Of a stretch of DNA of 64,000 nt, positions 50,541 through 63,816 are shown one piece after another. The stretch spans positions 936,059 to 1,000,058 of the forward strand of contig RHPI01000797.1 of assembly GCA_009103225.1 (NCBI GenBank). The letters are read 5' to 3'. Source of the stretch: Chlorokybus atmophyticus. Taxonomy: Eukaryota; Plantae; Mesostigma and Chlorokybus algae. Every line of letters begins with the position of its first letter. Positions within the stretch are counted from its first letter, which is position 1. Below the pieces are notes generated by a model. It searched no databases and was not told the origin of the DNA. It was given only the letters and a program-made list of their open reading frames with translations. A program made the position numbers and the translations under genes.

Positions 50541-52466
50541 TCAATGTGCTTTGTTGGCCCAATTGGCACCAGTAATAACGTGTACAGCATGTTGTACAGC
50601 ATCTGCAGCGTCACACATCCCCGCTTCACTGAAGAGCTGGTTCTCGTGCACCAGCCCTTTGGCCATCGCCTGCTCCATCTGATGGTGGTGGGCCGAGCAG
50701 CCAGGGCTCAACATAATGACCAAACAGCCAGCTTACAATCACCTCCGCCAACACAATCCCTACCACACAACCACAACAGTAAGAGCCCTGTCATCAATGA
50801 CACGACCGACAAAACATAACCAGAAAACAATGGTATGTGAAGACAAGCACCATGGTGAATCGCAGAGCTTACCTAGGGTTGTGCCAAATCCTGGCTTGAG
50901 AAGCGTGCCAACTGAGGCACTGACCGCAGCCACAACAAGCACGCTTAGTGATCTGGCCACATTGTATAAAGTTCGCCTCACAAACAGTGGCAATCTTTCA
51001 TCAAGGATGTGCTCCAGCTGCTCATGTGTACTGTGTTGTCGCCGTTTGTGTCGCTGAACTGCTGATACAATCTCCATGGTCTCCTGCACAATCAGCGCAG
51101 ACAGTACTGCGAGAGCGTGCCCTGCACGCCAACATAATATCAACCAGCGTCCAGCAAACCAGTCCCTGTTCACGCAGCACGCATTACTCATCCACAATGC
51201 TGATGAAACAATGGAACTGACACCACACACATCCCACTGATTGCAGAAGACTTACATGGGACAACATGCGAAACAATAGAAGGCAGTTGAAGTGCAATGC
51301 CGCACAGGAGTACTCACCTCGAAGTACTGTCTTCGGAATTCTTGCTGCTGCATACAGTCTGTCGAAAGCTGACATATGGAACTTGCGCTTTGCTGAGATT
51401 GAGACATCTGCGGTATAGGTCACAAGTAAGCTTGTGTGCATAGAAGAGCGAGTTTACAATAAGATGCACCTTTGAGAAGCTTATGTGCCAGCCTTTTAGA
51501 GAGCGTAGCCTCAGCAACGCGTTCTAATGCTCTACGCACAGTGCTGGTTGTGACCTGTCAGCACCAAGGCCGCTTGTAAGTTGCCCAGGCACAAAAACAA
51601 GTGTAGCAAAAAGCAGCAGCAGGTTGGTATGAGCTTGACAGCCTTTGACAAAAAGCGAGCAGTGCAAACTCACATCACGCAGAGCGCCCCGCCCAGTCCC
51701 TTGTGCGAATTGACTCCAATCAACATCTGGTAACTCTACCTCCAAAACTTCCTCATCGTCATCTTCTCTGCACATGCATAGCATGAGAAGGGCTGAATCG
51801 TCGCCATGAGAGGCAGTATTTACCACATGCCTAAGGTACCCATGCATGGCGTTAAATGGACGTATCATCACCTCCGCACTGGTTGGATCTGTTCCAAGAT
51901 AGGCACCAATTGAAGGGTAACATTGCGCACCAGTATCCAGCAGAACTCCCAGCCCAGTACAGCGCTGAAAATTGGCTTTTGATGTATGGCGTAGTCTTTG
52001 GTCCCGTCGACAAGGTAGTGATTTGGAGACCTACGGCGGAGAGGAATGCAACCACAATCAAAACGACGTAGCGCAGTTGCTCACCAGTGCATGACAATCC
52101 GGCTTTAACAAGAGAGAGGGATGGCAACCGGCATGTTGTAATTGTACTTGGCCATGCATACTGTGTGCGTCCTATTATGGCTGTGTAAACACAATGCATG
52201 CAACATAGCACTGACCGTGTTACGAAGTCCGCCTCCACAAACTTGTCGGTTGTCGAAGCAGGTTTACCGGAGTCTAATTCAATTGGCACGGCAGGCGCCT
52301 GGCATCGCGAATACGACGAGCTGCCGCCCAAGGCAGCGGCGGCCGCCGCTACAGCAGCCGCCGCCCCCGCAGTCCTGCTGGCGCCCAGCAGCACGATGAG
52401 CGAGTCAGCACCACCAGCAGCTGCGGTGGGAACCTGCTGCAGCAGCAACTGCAAACCCTTCGCCAT
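50541..52466 (-). CDS. Conserved plant-type uncharacterised membrane protein (3' exon boundaries uncertain)
   Basis: Spliced segments VRRALERVAEATLSKRLAHKLLK|DVSISAKRK...KTVLRG|HALAVLSALIVQE...SVLVVAAVSASVGTLLKPGFGTTLG recall a plant DUF family (from memory). ATG at 52466; the last exon is ambiguous. Confidence 0.62.
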
Positions 52467-52697
52467 GGCTGCAGCGCACACTGCGTCGCAGACACAGAGC
52501 CTCACATGCACGGCATCATCCCGTCCTCGACAACCACAATGCCAACGACAGCCACGACATGGAGGACGACGGCGGCAACGCCGTCGCCGCCTTTACTGCA
52601 AGCCACAAGCACGTTCATATAGCATTAGCAAGACAAGGGGTCCATTCAGATCTTCCGACCCGGTTCAGTAACAACCTGCGAGCCGGTTCAGCAATCA

Positions 52698-52706
52698 AAA
52701 CCCTAA
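52698..52706 (+). promoter_or_regulatory. Telo-box in the divergent promoter region
   Basis: AAACCCTAA between the 52466 (-) gene and E2F. Confidence 0.3.
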
Positions 52707-53383
52707 ATTGCGCCCGCAGTGACCTGAGGACTCTGTTAACGCAGCTTCGCCGTGCGCTTTTCGCGGATTACTGCCCATTCCGCTTTGGAGAGACGGCGGA
52801 AATTCAAACTGGGGTTCTCCCCCGGTTACCCGCGGAGGGAGATCAGCTGACCCGTCGCCCGCCCGCGCCCATGGTAACCTAAAACGCAGCGCGCGGCGCC
52901 TACGCCGCGCCCGCCCTGCTGAAAAAGGAGGGAAAACTGCGACGAGGCACCAACAGGCTATGGACTAACCGTAGTCAAGTCGACCATGGTTGTTTGTTAA
53001 CACTCGTGCTGTTATAACAAACCGCTATCTTGCTTGACCCACAACAACGAATGTTGATGGGAAAGTTGCTCGCTAACTTGGGCTAATGGCAGCAGCCTTG
53101 TTCGCTATCAGACCAGTTGCGCGTCCTGGAAACGGTTACAGTGACGGTGAAGTTCACAGTTAGCGATGATGTAAACGCTGGGGTGTAAACGCCAACGCTA
53201 GGCAGGTGGAGGAGGCGGCGGCGGCAGCGGCGGCGGGTGTGAGAGCGGCGGTGAAGGTGGACGGTGCAGGGGACGTCTGCAACGTTTTTCATAACGTGGT
53301 GGTCGCATGTGGGGTGGGTTCCTTGCTTTGCGCCACGCTGGGCGGGAGCTGAAGCGGCTGAGCGGGCATGAGCGAGACGTGGC

Positions 53384-55121
53384 ATGGCGGCGGCGGTAGC
53401 AGTGGGTAGGGGTGACGTGCTTGGAGGCCTGCTTCAGGACGCCTCTTTAATAATGGCTCCGGTGCGACAGCGGCAGTTCACAACCACCAGACCTGCATTT
53501 GCCAACCCTGATGACTACCATCGCTTTCAGGTGGGTTTCCACCTTGCGCGTTGGCTGCAGTGTCAGCTTGGACGCTCTTACACCAACCTAACACGTGTTA
53601 TGGTCTGATCTCCACATTGAGCGCTTAATCCCCACAAGATGTGCTGCCACCTGCTGTTTTGCGCCACTTACAGTACGATTGATCGCACCAGTTAGCATAG
53701 CAGCATGTGTGCGTCAATGCTGTTGCTTGATGCAGTGCTTCTATATCGAATGCATTGCATACTGCTGAACTCTTGTCGCTGAAGGATTAGCATGATTGAT
53801 CCATCGCAGTTGCACTAGTGTATAAGATTATGCTTAGTTGCACCATCATGCAGGACACGCCGAGCGTCAGCGCTGCTCATGGGAGCAACGGTGCCATCAG
53901 TGAGGAACTCGTCACACGTTTTCCAACGCAGCAGAGCGCAAGCAAGCGTTCAAAATCAGCAGCGGGGAGGACACCCGCACGCAATGGCTCGCAAACTCCG
54001 GCCGCCATGAGCAGAGACTCTCCCGATGACAGTGCAGATATCACCACGCCCGCGCCAAGTGCATCGCGGCAGGACTCGTCACTGTACCTGCTCACACAGC
54101 GCTTTGTTGCGCTGATAGAAAAAGCCGACAACAGCACATTGGATTTGAAAAAGGCAGCCGAGCAACTCAAAGTGCAGAAGCGCCGCATATACGACATCAC
54201 CAATGTGCTGGAAGGCATCGGGTTGATCGAGAAGAAGAGCAAAAACAACATCCAGTGGACTGGGGTTGGGGTTATGCAGAATGGGGAGCAGCCAGAGGTA
54301 AGATGCGTTGCCAGAAGCATCAATAGGTGACATCAAGTTACTGTGCAGTCGCACGAAATGTGCATTACTCTGCAGGTGCTCACATTGCAGGACGAGGTTG
54401 AGGCCCTGGAGCAAAGTGAAGCCAGTCTGGTCCAGCAGATCGCCGCTGCCAAGAGCAGGTTGACTGCACTTGCAGATGACCCGGAGACCAGAAGTAGTTT
54501 ATATGTGACGAAAGAAGACATAAAGACCATACCAGACTTCTCGCGCGACCTGTTGATTGCTATAAATGGCCCTGCACGCACCACACTGGAGGTTCCGGAT
54601 CCTGATGAAGGAGCACCACCTGGGGAAAGGCGTTACAGGATTCATCTAAGAAGCGACAGCGGGCCAATACAAGTCTCCTTGCTCAGCGGGTACTGACCTT
54701 GCAAACACATGATTCAGTTGCAGTACACACAGTGTGCATGTTTCACAACTGTGAACACAATGCGTACCCACGTTATGCCTGGTCCATGCTTAACAGTGTG
54801 ATATATATGGCAAAGTGCATAATGCTGATGCAATTATTGCAGCAGTTTGACGTCAAACTGGCTTCTTGTCTTTGCAGGGTTCAGGAAAGGGATACCATGG
54901 AGCACAATGAGCACCGAGCGTATGAAAGCAGTCAGCTATCTGCTTCAGATGTTATTCGCCCAGGCACACCCGCCACACCGTCTGCCACATCACCGACTTC
55001 CATCTCCATAGTTGAGTTGAGCGCGGATCCTGATCCCGGCTACAACCTGGGCATCGACGAGGATACGGGTGTCACTGATCTGTTCATTGATGACGCCAAC
55101 CTGGATGGTTATTACGAGTAA
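53384..55121 (+). CDS. E2F: E2F transcription factor (E2FA/B/C type)
   Basis: N-terminal [12 protein letters not shown] motif, DNA-binding domain SSL.LLTQRF...[31 protein letters not shown], marked box LYVTKEDI...[16 protein letters not shown]...YRI.LRS..GPI.V.L, and C-terminal GVTDLF (RB-binding region). Confidence 0.95.
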
Positions 55122-56861
55122 ACTGTGTTGTTGCCACAGCTGTAGTTTGCCCCTTCCCCTAGCTTGTTGGAGTTGTATGGCGAGCCCATGCGTGTTGCCC
55201 TTTGTAAGATATGCAACAGCAAGAAGAGAGTGCTTGTAGAGGTATCTAAAGAAGATGTCAGCAGCAAATTGCTGTCTGACAGGGTTTCTTTCAACGACTG
55301 CGTGTGCACCTTTGCGTATGATGCTGGCGAATGCGCTGCGGACTGTGACATTAATGTGCAGGGCACTTCGCACATTGTACACTTCACGCTGAATTTGATT
55401 TTACTTTACTGGTGGGTGGGGGGGGGNNNNNNNNNNNNNNNNNNNNNNNNNNNNNNNNNNNNNNNNNNNNNNNNNNNNNNNNNNNACAATGTCGCCTTCC
55501 TGAAACGTGAGGTGTGGGGGGGGGGATCACCCCCTGCTTCTATGCTCGCACTGCTGCCTACATATCAGACTGAACATTGTGCTTGTGCGCGCAAACATGC
55601 ACATATCCCTCATTGCATACTTTGTACACTTACACGTAGCACGTGTTCTCTTGACGCTTGGCTTTTTATGTGCGACACTCGACATGAACTAGCCAGAGCA
55701 TCTGCGTATAAGGTACCAATATTTTCAATTACTCACGACATGAGGGACATTAATTGTGATAATGAGTAACAATGTAATGATATAGTATAACAATCAAATA
55801 AGTAATAACCGATGTGCTGGCTAGTCCGTCCAACGCTTTTTTTTACTGCATGTGCTTAATTTCCTAACATGCCGTAATGAAGCCAATGCAATCTCTATTG
55901 GATGAGTTTAAGGTGAGCTGTACGTTTGAAAGGATGCCGCCCGTCGCTGAAGAATCAAATGCGGTATGTAAATACCTCATCACAGAGTGACATGCTGTGA
56001 AGAGCAACATAGGCAGCCCATTACGGCAACTTAGACCAAACTTAGACATGCAATAATCTTGTGCGAAGATACCGGTAAGCAGGCAGCTGCGACACGACCA
56101 TTGCATGATCGTCGCAAGGAGCGATGGTGAGTGCATTATGTCTGACTTTGGCATGTTGTAGGCATGAGCTTGATGCGTGGTGGCAACGGCTGCACAGTGA
56201 TATAAACGATAGTTGCATACAGCCACTTGCAAGGTATGTTGCAATGCAAGGTCAGGCTGTTGCCAGCAAGCATGAGGATCATGTGGGGGTCCCACTCGAT
56301 GCTCATGCAACGTTGCGGACAAATACACATGACACACTTCCTTGAGACAGATAAGTACATGCTACCATGTGTGTATGCATGACTGATAAGAACGCTATAA
56401 ATCGGTGGTTAGATGGGGTAGTAAAACATGAATTGACCCGATGAGCAGAGGGGTATTCACTGTCTCGCAATGTCTTGTGATGTGCGACAAGGTTAGGAGA
56501 ATACACACTTCAGGTAACAGGTTAGCTGGTGGCGAACTCGATGCACCTGCATGCATGTTGCTGCCACTGGCAGACAACGCGAAGCCGTGTTGTACTTGAG
56601 CAGCCGCACGTCATCAAAACATTACACTTTTTGGTTCATGCATAAGAGAAGACGTGCAACCACCAAGTCTGAAAACCAAGAGGTAATAATATATCCTGTT
56701 TTGATTAACAGACTGTTAATACATGACAATTCCACGCTAGGCTTGCAGAGTCAGCTGTTGCGTTGCTGCATGTTCCACTGTACAGGCTGCCCTAAGCCAC
56801 AGCTCAAATCTACATCACAGAAGAGAAAACCACCAATGTCGATTATAACCAAAGTGTGTAT

Positions 56862-57975
56862 CTACCGGGGGGACACAGTGATGTTGGCGTCGTTCTCGAT
56901 GAGGTCGCCGTTCCTGAATTCAGACACGGCAGCAACGGGCCAGATCAGGCCGGTAGACATGATGCCGAGGGCCTTGGGGACATCCAAGATAATCTCCTTC
57001 TCGGTGGGCTTATCGTCCTTGATCTGCAAAGCACAATGGACAATCAGATATGGAGGAACATACCAAGGACTCTCTGGTTGACACTTAGGCTTGCAGTCTA
57101 GAATCAGCAGGAAGTACAACCCCAAACTCGTCTTACCGCACGGATGTAGGCGCGGCCAACCCATCCGATCCAGCCAGCAATGTACAGGAAGCCAAGACCG
57201 GGGACGAGGAACTCGCCAGCATGCGACCACCGGCCGTCAACGATCAGATGGGGGAGACCATCGGCACCGCAGAGGAGGCTGTGGGGCACGCGAACTCAGT
57301 CTCCAAGTGAATGCTTCAAAGGCAATAATATCAACAGTGCAACAGGTCTCACCTAGAGTTGGAGTAGAAGTTGAAGCGCTTCTCGGTTCTGTCAATGGTG
57401 GCCTGAAGGGCAAGGGCAGGGGCGGAGCCAGCCTCGTAACCCTTGAGGCGCTTCTCCAGACCCCTGATCTCGTTCCTCTTGCGCTTGGCAAAGGCAGCGC
57501 TGTCGCTGCACTTGGTGAGGCCAGCAACATCGGCGTACACCTCAGCTGAGAACAAGAGGGAAGCACACTTAGGATTGCTGAATGAGCTAGACTCAGCTAG
57601 ACCGTTACGATGTGGTTTGCCATATAAGCAACGTCTATCGGAACGGCGCAGGCAGCGTATCAGGACCAATGCATGCAATGCAACGTGCGATCGACCTAGC
57701 ATCCAGTCTTGCACGCGGTTTAGTTAAGCTACCCCATCTTCTCAAGCCGTACCTGGGTTGGCAAGGGCCGAGCCGGAGGCAATGGCGGCGCAGGTGAGAG
57801 CGACAGCGACCTGCTTGGCGCGGACGGTCAGGTCAACCTGCTCCTTCTGGGCCGAGCAGACAACGCCGGCGGGGGCGGCGGCCTTGCGGGCCTGCTTCTG
57901 CTGCTTCAGCGACGAGCCGCTGAGCGACGCCTTGGAGGACGCCAGAGAGAGGGTCGACATGGTAGTTGCCGCCAT
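56862..57975 (-). CDS. PSAF: Photosystem I subunit III (PsaF) precursor
   Basis: Bipartite transit peptide, then [45 protein letters not shown] and KEIILDVP...WPVAA...ITVSPR*; 4 exons. Confidence 0.97.
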
Positions 57976-59568
57976 TGCTGCCTGACCTGCTCCTGCTCCT
58001 GTTCCCGCCTAAACCCGCTCCTTGATCTTGAAGGCGACGACAACGACAACCACAGCAACAACTACACCACTAGACTGAGGCCCTGGAATGCCTTATGGTT
58101 CAGCGTTGCGCAGTGCTCAGCTGCGTTAAATGCCACGGAAGGGCGACGTGAAACCCTAATGCGTGCTTCCTAGCGCTTGACTCTGCCTTTTGCCGCCGGC
58201 TGGTGACGCGCGCTGCGGCCGCCCCGAAAGACCGCGGAGGGGCAGCTGCCTGGCCAACCAGAGCCAATGAGAGCCGCACCGCGATGCAGTGCTCGCGCTT
58301 TGGCCCAGACGAGCCAATGGCCGCGAAGCACGCTGGATAAGACCTCAGAAAAAGTGCGTCCATATCCAGCGCAAAAGCGGGTGTTTTGGGCGAAAAAAGC
58401 GCAGCTGATGTCGCGCATCTGGTTTGATCGGATCTGAATTGTCATGAAGTACAGGGTTGACCCTCGAACGAGGATCATACAACGACTTGGGGACCTGGCA
58501 TGATGGACAATCCCGCACATATATCTATGTCATGCTCCACGCACGGACAAGAATGTGTTGAGTAGAGCTTTCGAACATGACTACACAATATGCACCACAT
58601 GTTGGTGCAGGGGGTAATACTTAACAAGTAAAGATGTTATCAATATGCATATTGTGTATGAGAAGTTATTCAGGCAATTTTATTATAGTACGTGATGCTT
58701 CATAACACGTGACATTACATTGTTTGTAAAGTATACGTGCTTGCATCAACCAATTGGATTGTGCGGAGTCGTTTGCTGAGAACTGTGGTACACATATCTT
58801 TAACAAGATGTTGTTTTTTAACTTATACCATAATTCAAACATCGACATTAACAAGACCTTTCACACATGCAGTTTATAATGTAAGCTGCGTTTGTGCATG
58901 CTCTGGGCCGATTGATTTGGTAATTTAAGTTGCTTGTTGATGTAAAACCACTGTGAACTTAAGGTATGAACTATAGATCTACCCTTGGTTGTATAAGCTA
59001 TCGGTTGACTTCTGTACACATGCGTACATATGTACATGTCATGCACGTGCATGTCTAGCGTAATTTAAGCATGTGATACAAATGAACGTTCATAAGCTTA
59101 TAACAATACTTATTGCAATATACGAAGATATCAGGAGAATATGAAATGTGCAACTCCGAATGTGCCGCATGGTTGTGCCGATTATTGCTTAGCGGTATGT
59201 AATCGCTGCACAATATTTGCATCACCTTTTTGGTTTTAATTAAACTGAAGAGGCGTTGTTGGGTAAAAACTTTCGTCAAGCAACAGATGATCATTTTTTC
59301 TCCTTTGTGTCGATGATTGTCGCTCGTTTTGTTAACGTGACACAGCTTAATACCATAACAAAGCAACACATGTATGAACTAATATTCAGCAGTACAATGC
59401 ACATGTCAGGAGAGAGGGTGTGCCCCTCCTCCCTTTAATCCCCTACCCCAACACCACCACCAGCCTCGCCGCCGCCGCCGCCACTGCCGGGGCAGTTGCC
59501 AGAGCAAAAGATGCTCTGGCTATGGCGGCCGCTGCGTTAGCAGCGCCGCTGTGACGGTGCTCGTGCCT

Positions 59569-60219
59569 TGTCACCTGTGAGTTGGTCCAATCCACAACCT
59601 GCTCACCAAGACACGGTATTCACACCGGAACCTTGCCCCCTCTGCCAAGCACACGCGCGCCCCGCCACTCGCGTACGCACGCGCATGCGCTCGAAGCTAC
59701 ACACCGACTTGTGTAGCGCCTTGGATCGTCACACAAGCAAGCACACACCAGTGGCCACACGCTAGCAACCTATGCTAACCACCACCAAGCTTGCACACCA
59801 GAAACTAGGGAGCTAAAGGTTGTATTGCAAGTTGTAGAATGTCACTTTTATACCTACCAGTCTGCACATGCTAATGTCTAGACGATTCTAGCGCTAGACG
59901 GAACTAGAAGCTAAGATATTCTTGCAGAATCTTGTAGTACACTTCTAGAACTTTCCAACGCACCAAAGATCTCCGAATTTGCTGCTCATATGGTCAAGTT
60001 ATACTACTTGGCGCCAGGCCCTTCCAGAAATCTGGTCGAGCCCTTCTCGACTGGCCCTCCGTTTTCTGGCACCTTCCGGACTGGTCTTGGGGCCCCGGTC
60101 GATATCCGCGGCAGACTCATAACTCGCCGATATCCGCCACAAGTCATTGAAAACATGTACCTTACAAATAAGGCCTAAAACGGCCATGAAAATCACAGAA
60201 TTTGGCCTTGACTGTTACA
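59569..60219 (-). repeat. 3' LTR (~651 bp, TGTAAC...GTGACA)
   Basis: On the minus strand it starts TGTAAC directly after the PPT and contains TATAAAA (59846-59852). The distal end GTGACA at 59569 is preferred; an alternative GTCACA lies near 59550. Confidence 0.75.
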
Positions 60220-63200
60220 CTCCTCCCCCCCCAGGTGAGCTTCGTCCTCGAAGCTCGCGAGGTTGTCGTCGAGCAAGATAGGCACGCACAACGTCTTGAG
60301 CATTAGTCAAGTGTGCCTCTGGCTCCCAGGATGCTTCATGCAACGGATAGCCCTTCCATTTCACTAAGAACTTGCGTACGCCATGCACAAACTTCTCACC
60401 AAGGATGTCTTCTACCTCCCACTCGGGTTCACCGTCCGTGCCAACTTCGGGGGGTGGCCTTTCTGGCGGTTGTCCTCGATATGCTTTCAGAAGGGAGACG
60501 TGAAAAACGGGGTGCACACGCATGGTGTCGGGTAGCTCCAACTTGTACGCCACGTCCGAGATAACTTTGCTGACCTTAAATGGTCCCAACCAGCGTTCAT
60601 TCAGCTTGCGAACTCCCGTACGCACCTGGACGTGCTTCGCGGAGAGTAACACAATGTCGCCTTCCTGAAACGTGAGGTGTCGGCGATGCGCGTCCGCGTA
60701 CTGCTTCTGCCGATTTTGTGCCACCAATAACGCATCCCTAGCTGCCTTGTTAATGTCCGCGCACTTTGTAAGGAAGTCATTAGCTGCCTCCACACGCACG
60801 TCATGTCGTCGCGGTGTCCATGCCGTCAACGGTGTCAATGGATGTTGCCCGTAGTTCATAAGGAAGGGAGTGACACCTGTGCTTGCATTGTGGTGGCTGT
60901 TGATCGCAAACTCAACCAACTCAAGCAGCTCCTCCCAATTGTCTTGTCGCGCGTTAACGTAGCAACGCAGCATGTCCTCGATCACACGGTTGGCCCGCTC
61001 CGTTTGCCCATTGGTTTGCGGGTGGAATGCCGTGCTAAACTTCAATGTGGTACCCAGTGCACTATGCAGCGCCTCCCAAAACTTACTTGTAAAGCGCGGG
61101 TCGCGATCACTCACAATGCTTCGTGGTAATCCATGAGAACGAAATACATGCTTCACGAACAAGCGTGCTGCCTCCGGTGCCGTGCAAGACTCACTACACG
61201 GTGCCAAGCGTACCATTTTGCTGGTTTTATCGACGAACACAAGTATAGCGTCGTACCCTTCTTTTGTCTTTGGTAGCCCCGTGATAAAGTCCATGGTAAC
61301 TTGCTCCCACTTGGACAATGGCACAGGGAGAGGTTGCAGCAACCCACCTGGCTTTTGGTTGCTTGCCTTCACCCTTTGGCATGCGTCGCACAACGCCACG
61401 TAGTCGCGCACATCGCGATGCATCTCTCGCCAGTAAAAACGCTGTTTTAAGCTTGCCAAAGTCCTTTCCAACCCTTGGTGACCAGCAATGGGCACGTCAT
61501 GAGCTTCCTTCAGCAACTTCACACGGATATGCGCGACGTTGGGGATGTACAAGCGCCCATGGTGCCACAGCAGCCCGTCGCGCATTGACCAGTGCCCACT
61601 TGTGTCCGTAGCTGTATTTTCCAGCTCTTGCAACACTTTCATACCCTCCGTGTCTTCACGAAGCACTTGCCGAATCTGGTCGGTCCACTCGGGCTGCACT
61701 TGAGCGAGTGCCTCAATTGCATTAAGCCGGCTCAGCGCGTCAGCAACACCATTTGACGTACCGGGCTTGTACTTGATATCGAAGTCAAAAAGTTGAAAGA
61801 ACTCAAGCCATCGAGCTTGTCTGCGACTCAGATGAGGTTGTGTTTGTAAGTACCTCAGTGGAGAGTGATCCGTCTCAAGCACGAACTTTTTGCCTTCCAA
61901 AAAACAACGCCATTGTCGTAGCGCCATGACTTGCGCTAAAAGTTCCTTCTCGTGCACGGGGTAATTCAGCTCCGCACCACTCATCTTCTTGCTGAAGAAT
62001 GCTACTGGTTGAAGGCCGTTGCCATGGTCTTGCTGCAAAACAGCTCCTACGGCTGTGTCGGACGCGTCGCAAGCCAAAATAAATGTCTTTTCCATGTTGG
62101 GGTGAGCCAGGACTGGTGCCTCCGTCAGCGCCTTCTTCAACGCAGCAAATGCATGTTCCTCTGTTGCTGACCAGCTCCAATGCTTTCCCTTCTTGAGTAG
62201 GGTAGTCAAGGGAGCAGCTATGCGCGAAAACCCCATGATAAACTTGCGATAATACCCCGCAAGGCCTAAAAAGGACATCACCTCCTTTACATTGGTCGGG
62301 GCAGCCCACTCGCGCACCACCTGCACTTTGTTGGGGTCCGGCTTGATGCCTTCATGCGACACAATGTGGCCTAGGTACTCCACCTCTCGAAGCAAGAATT
62401 TGCACTTTTGTAGCTGGGCGTACAACTTGTGTTCGCGCAAACGCTGCAACACGCGCCGTAGAAGTGCCACGTGCTCCTCCTTTGTTGTCGCGTACACCAA
62501 AATGTCGTCGAGGTACACGAGGACTCCCTTACCAATCAAGTCAGCAAAAACGCTGTTCATAAGCGTTTGAAATGTTGCCGGTGCGTTCGTAAGTCCGAAG
62601 GACATGACCAACCACTCGTAGTGCCCATAACGTGTGTTAAAAGCTGTTTTCTCCACATCCTCGGGCGCGATGCGAATTTGGTGATAACCTCCAGCAAGAT
62701 CAAGTGTTGTGAAGTACTGCGCACCTTGCAATTGCTCCAGCAACTCGTCAATACGTGGGAGTGGAAAGCAATTCCTCTTCGTGATGTTGTTGAGAGCTCG
62801 GTAGTCGACGCACATGCGCAAGCTCCCGTTCTTCTTTCGTACAAACAAAATAGGTGCACCATAGGGGGACTTACTAGGCCTGATGTAGCCTCTTTTCAGC
62901 AAGTCCGCCACCTGCCTCTCGGCCTCTTCTAGTTCCAAAGGTGACAACTTGTATACGGGTCGATACGGTGGCTTGTGCACGCCCTCAATCAGCTCCACAC
63001 GGTGGTCTACGCTCCGTGGAGGTGGTAGACCAGATGGAAGTCCGTCCACCATGATATCTTGATATTCTTTAACAAGTTTACACACCTCGGGGTCCATAGT
63101 AGCCGTCTGACCATCGTCACTCAGCTCCGGTGCTGACTTTGCAGTGTTTTCGCGCACCACGCACAACCATGCAGCCTTTGCCTTACGTGGAGACAATAAC

Positions 63201-63816
63201 TTCCTCAGTTGCACATAAGAGATCTGGGCAATTGTCGTACCACCTAATTGTGCGTGCCGCGCCTCGATGACGTCCGATGCAGCTTGAATGGACTCTCCAC
63301 CGTTTCGCTCGATGGTGAGCACGCGCTTCCTCCAATTGATGGCTGGATTATGTTGCCATAGCCACGGTAGTCCCAAAATCCCATCAAACCCGTTCCGTAG
63401 GGTGATGCAGCAAAATCGCATGCTCTCCTTCATCTTCCCAATGCGAACGCACAACTCTTTGGTCATAAATGCAGCGCCATCACCTCCAGAGGGTGGCTCT
63501 CCATCAGCGAGCTTCACTTCACCTCCTCGTAATGACAAAAGCCAACCGTAACGCCGCGCAATATCAATACTCATAAAGTTGCTGTTGGCACCGCTATCAA
63601 TCATGAGCTTACACTCTCTCCATCGTCCTTCGTCATCGCAAATGTGTGCTCGAAGCCCGAAGTACTTTGTTGTCTCCTCGTTTGCATAACTCACAACCAT
63701 TGGCGCGTTCAAAGCCATCTCTTCTTGCTTCTTTAATGGAAATGTCACAGCATCCGTCCGTGCATGAGGCTCCTTCCTATCCCCAGCAGTAGCCTCCTCA
63801 CCTACTGGGGGAAGTC
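60215..63816 (-). CDS. Retrotransposon Pol: aspartic protease, RT, RNase H, integrase, chromodomain
   Basis: LMIDSGANSNF (PR), YLDDILVY (RT), LACDASD (RH), H-H-C-C and DFITGLP..SDRD..GQTER (IN), and a chromodomain EWEVEDIL...FLVKWKGY...SWEP. The frame is open up to the frameshift site. Confidence 0.96.
60220..60232 (-). other. Polypurine tract
   Basis: GGGGGGGGAGGAG on the minus strand immediately before the LTR TG. Confidence 0.85.

Noticed and set aside
55864-56337. 157-aa minus-strand ORF between E2F and PsaF
   Set aside because: No motif recognised; composition matches intergenic/UTR sequence.
60313-63551. Multiple plus-strand ORFs opposite pol
   Set aside because: They are antisense shadows of the pol codon pattern.
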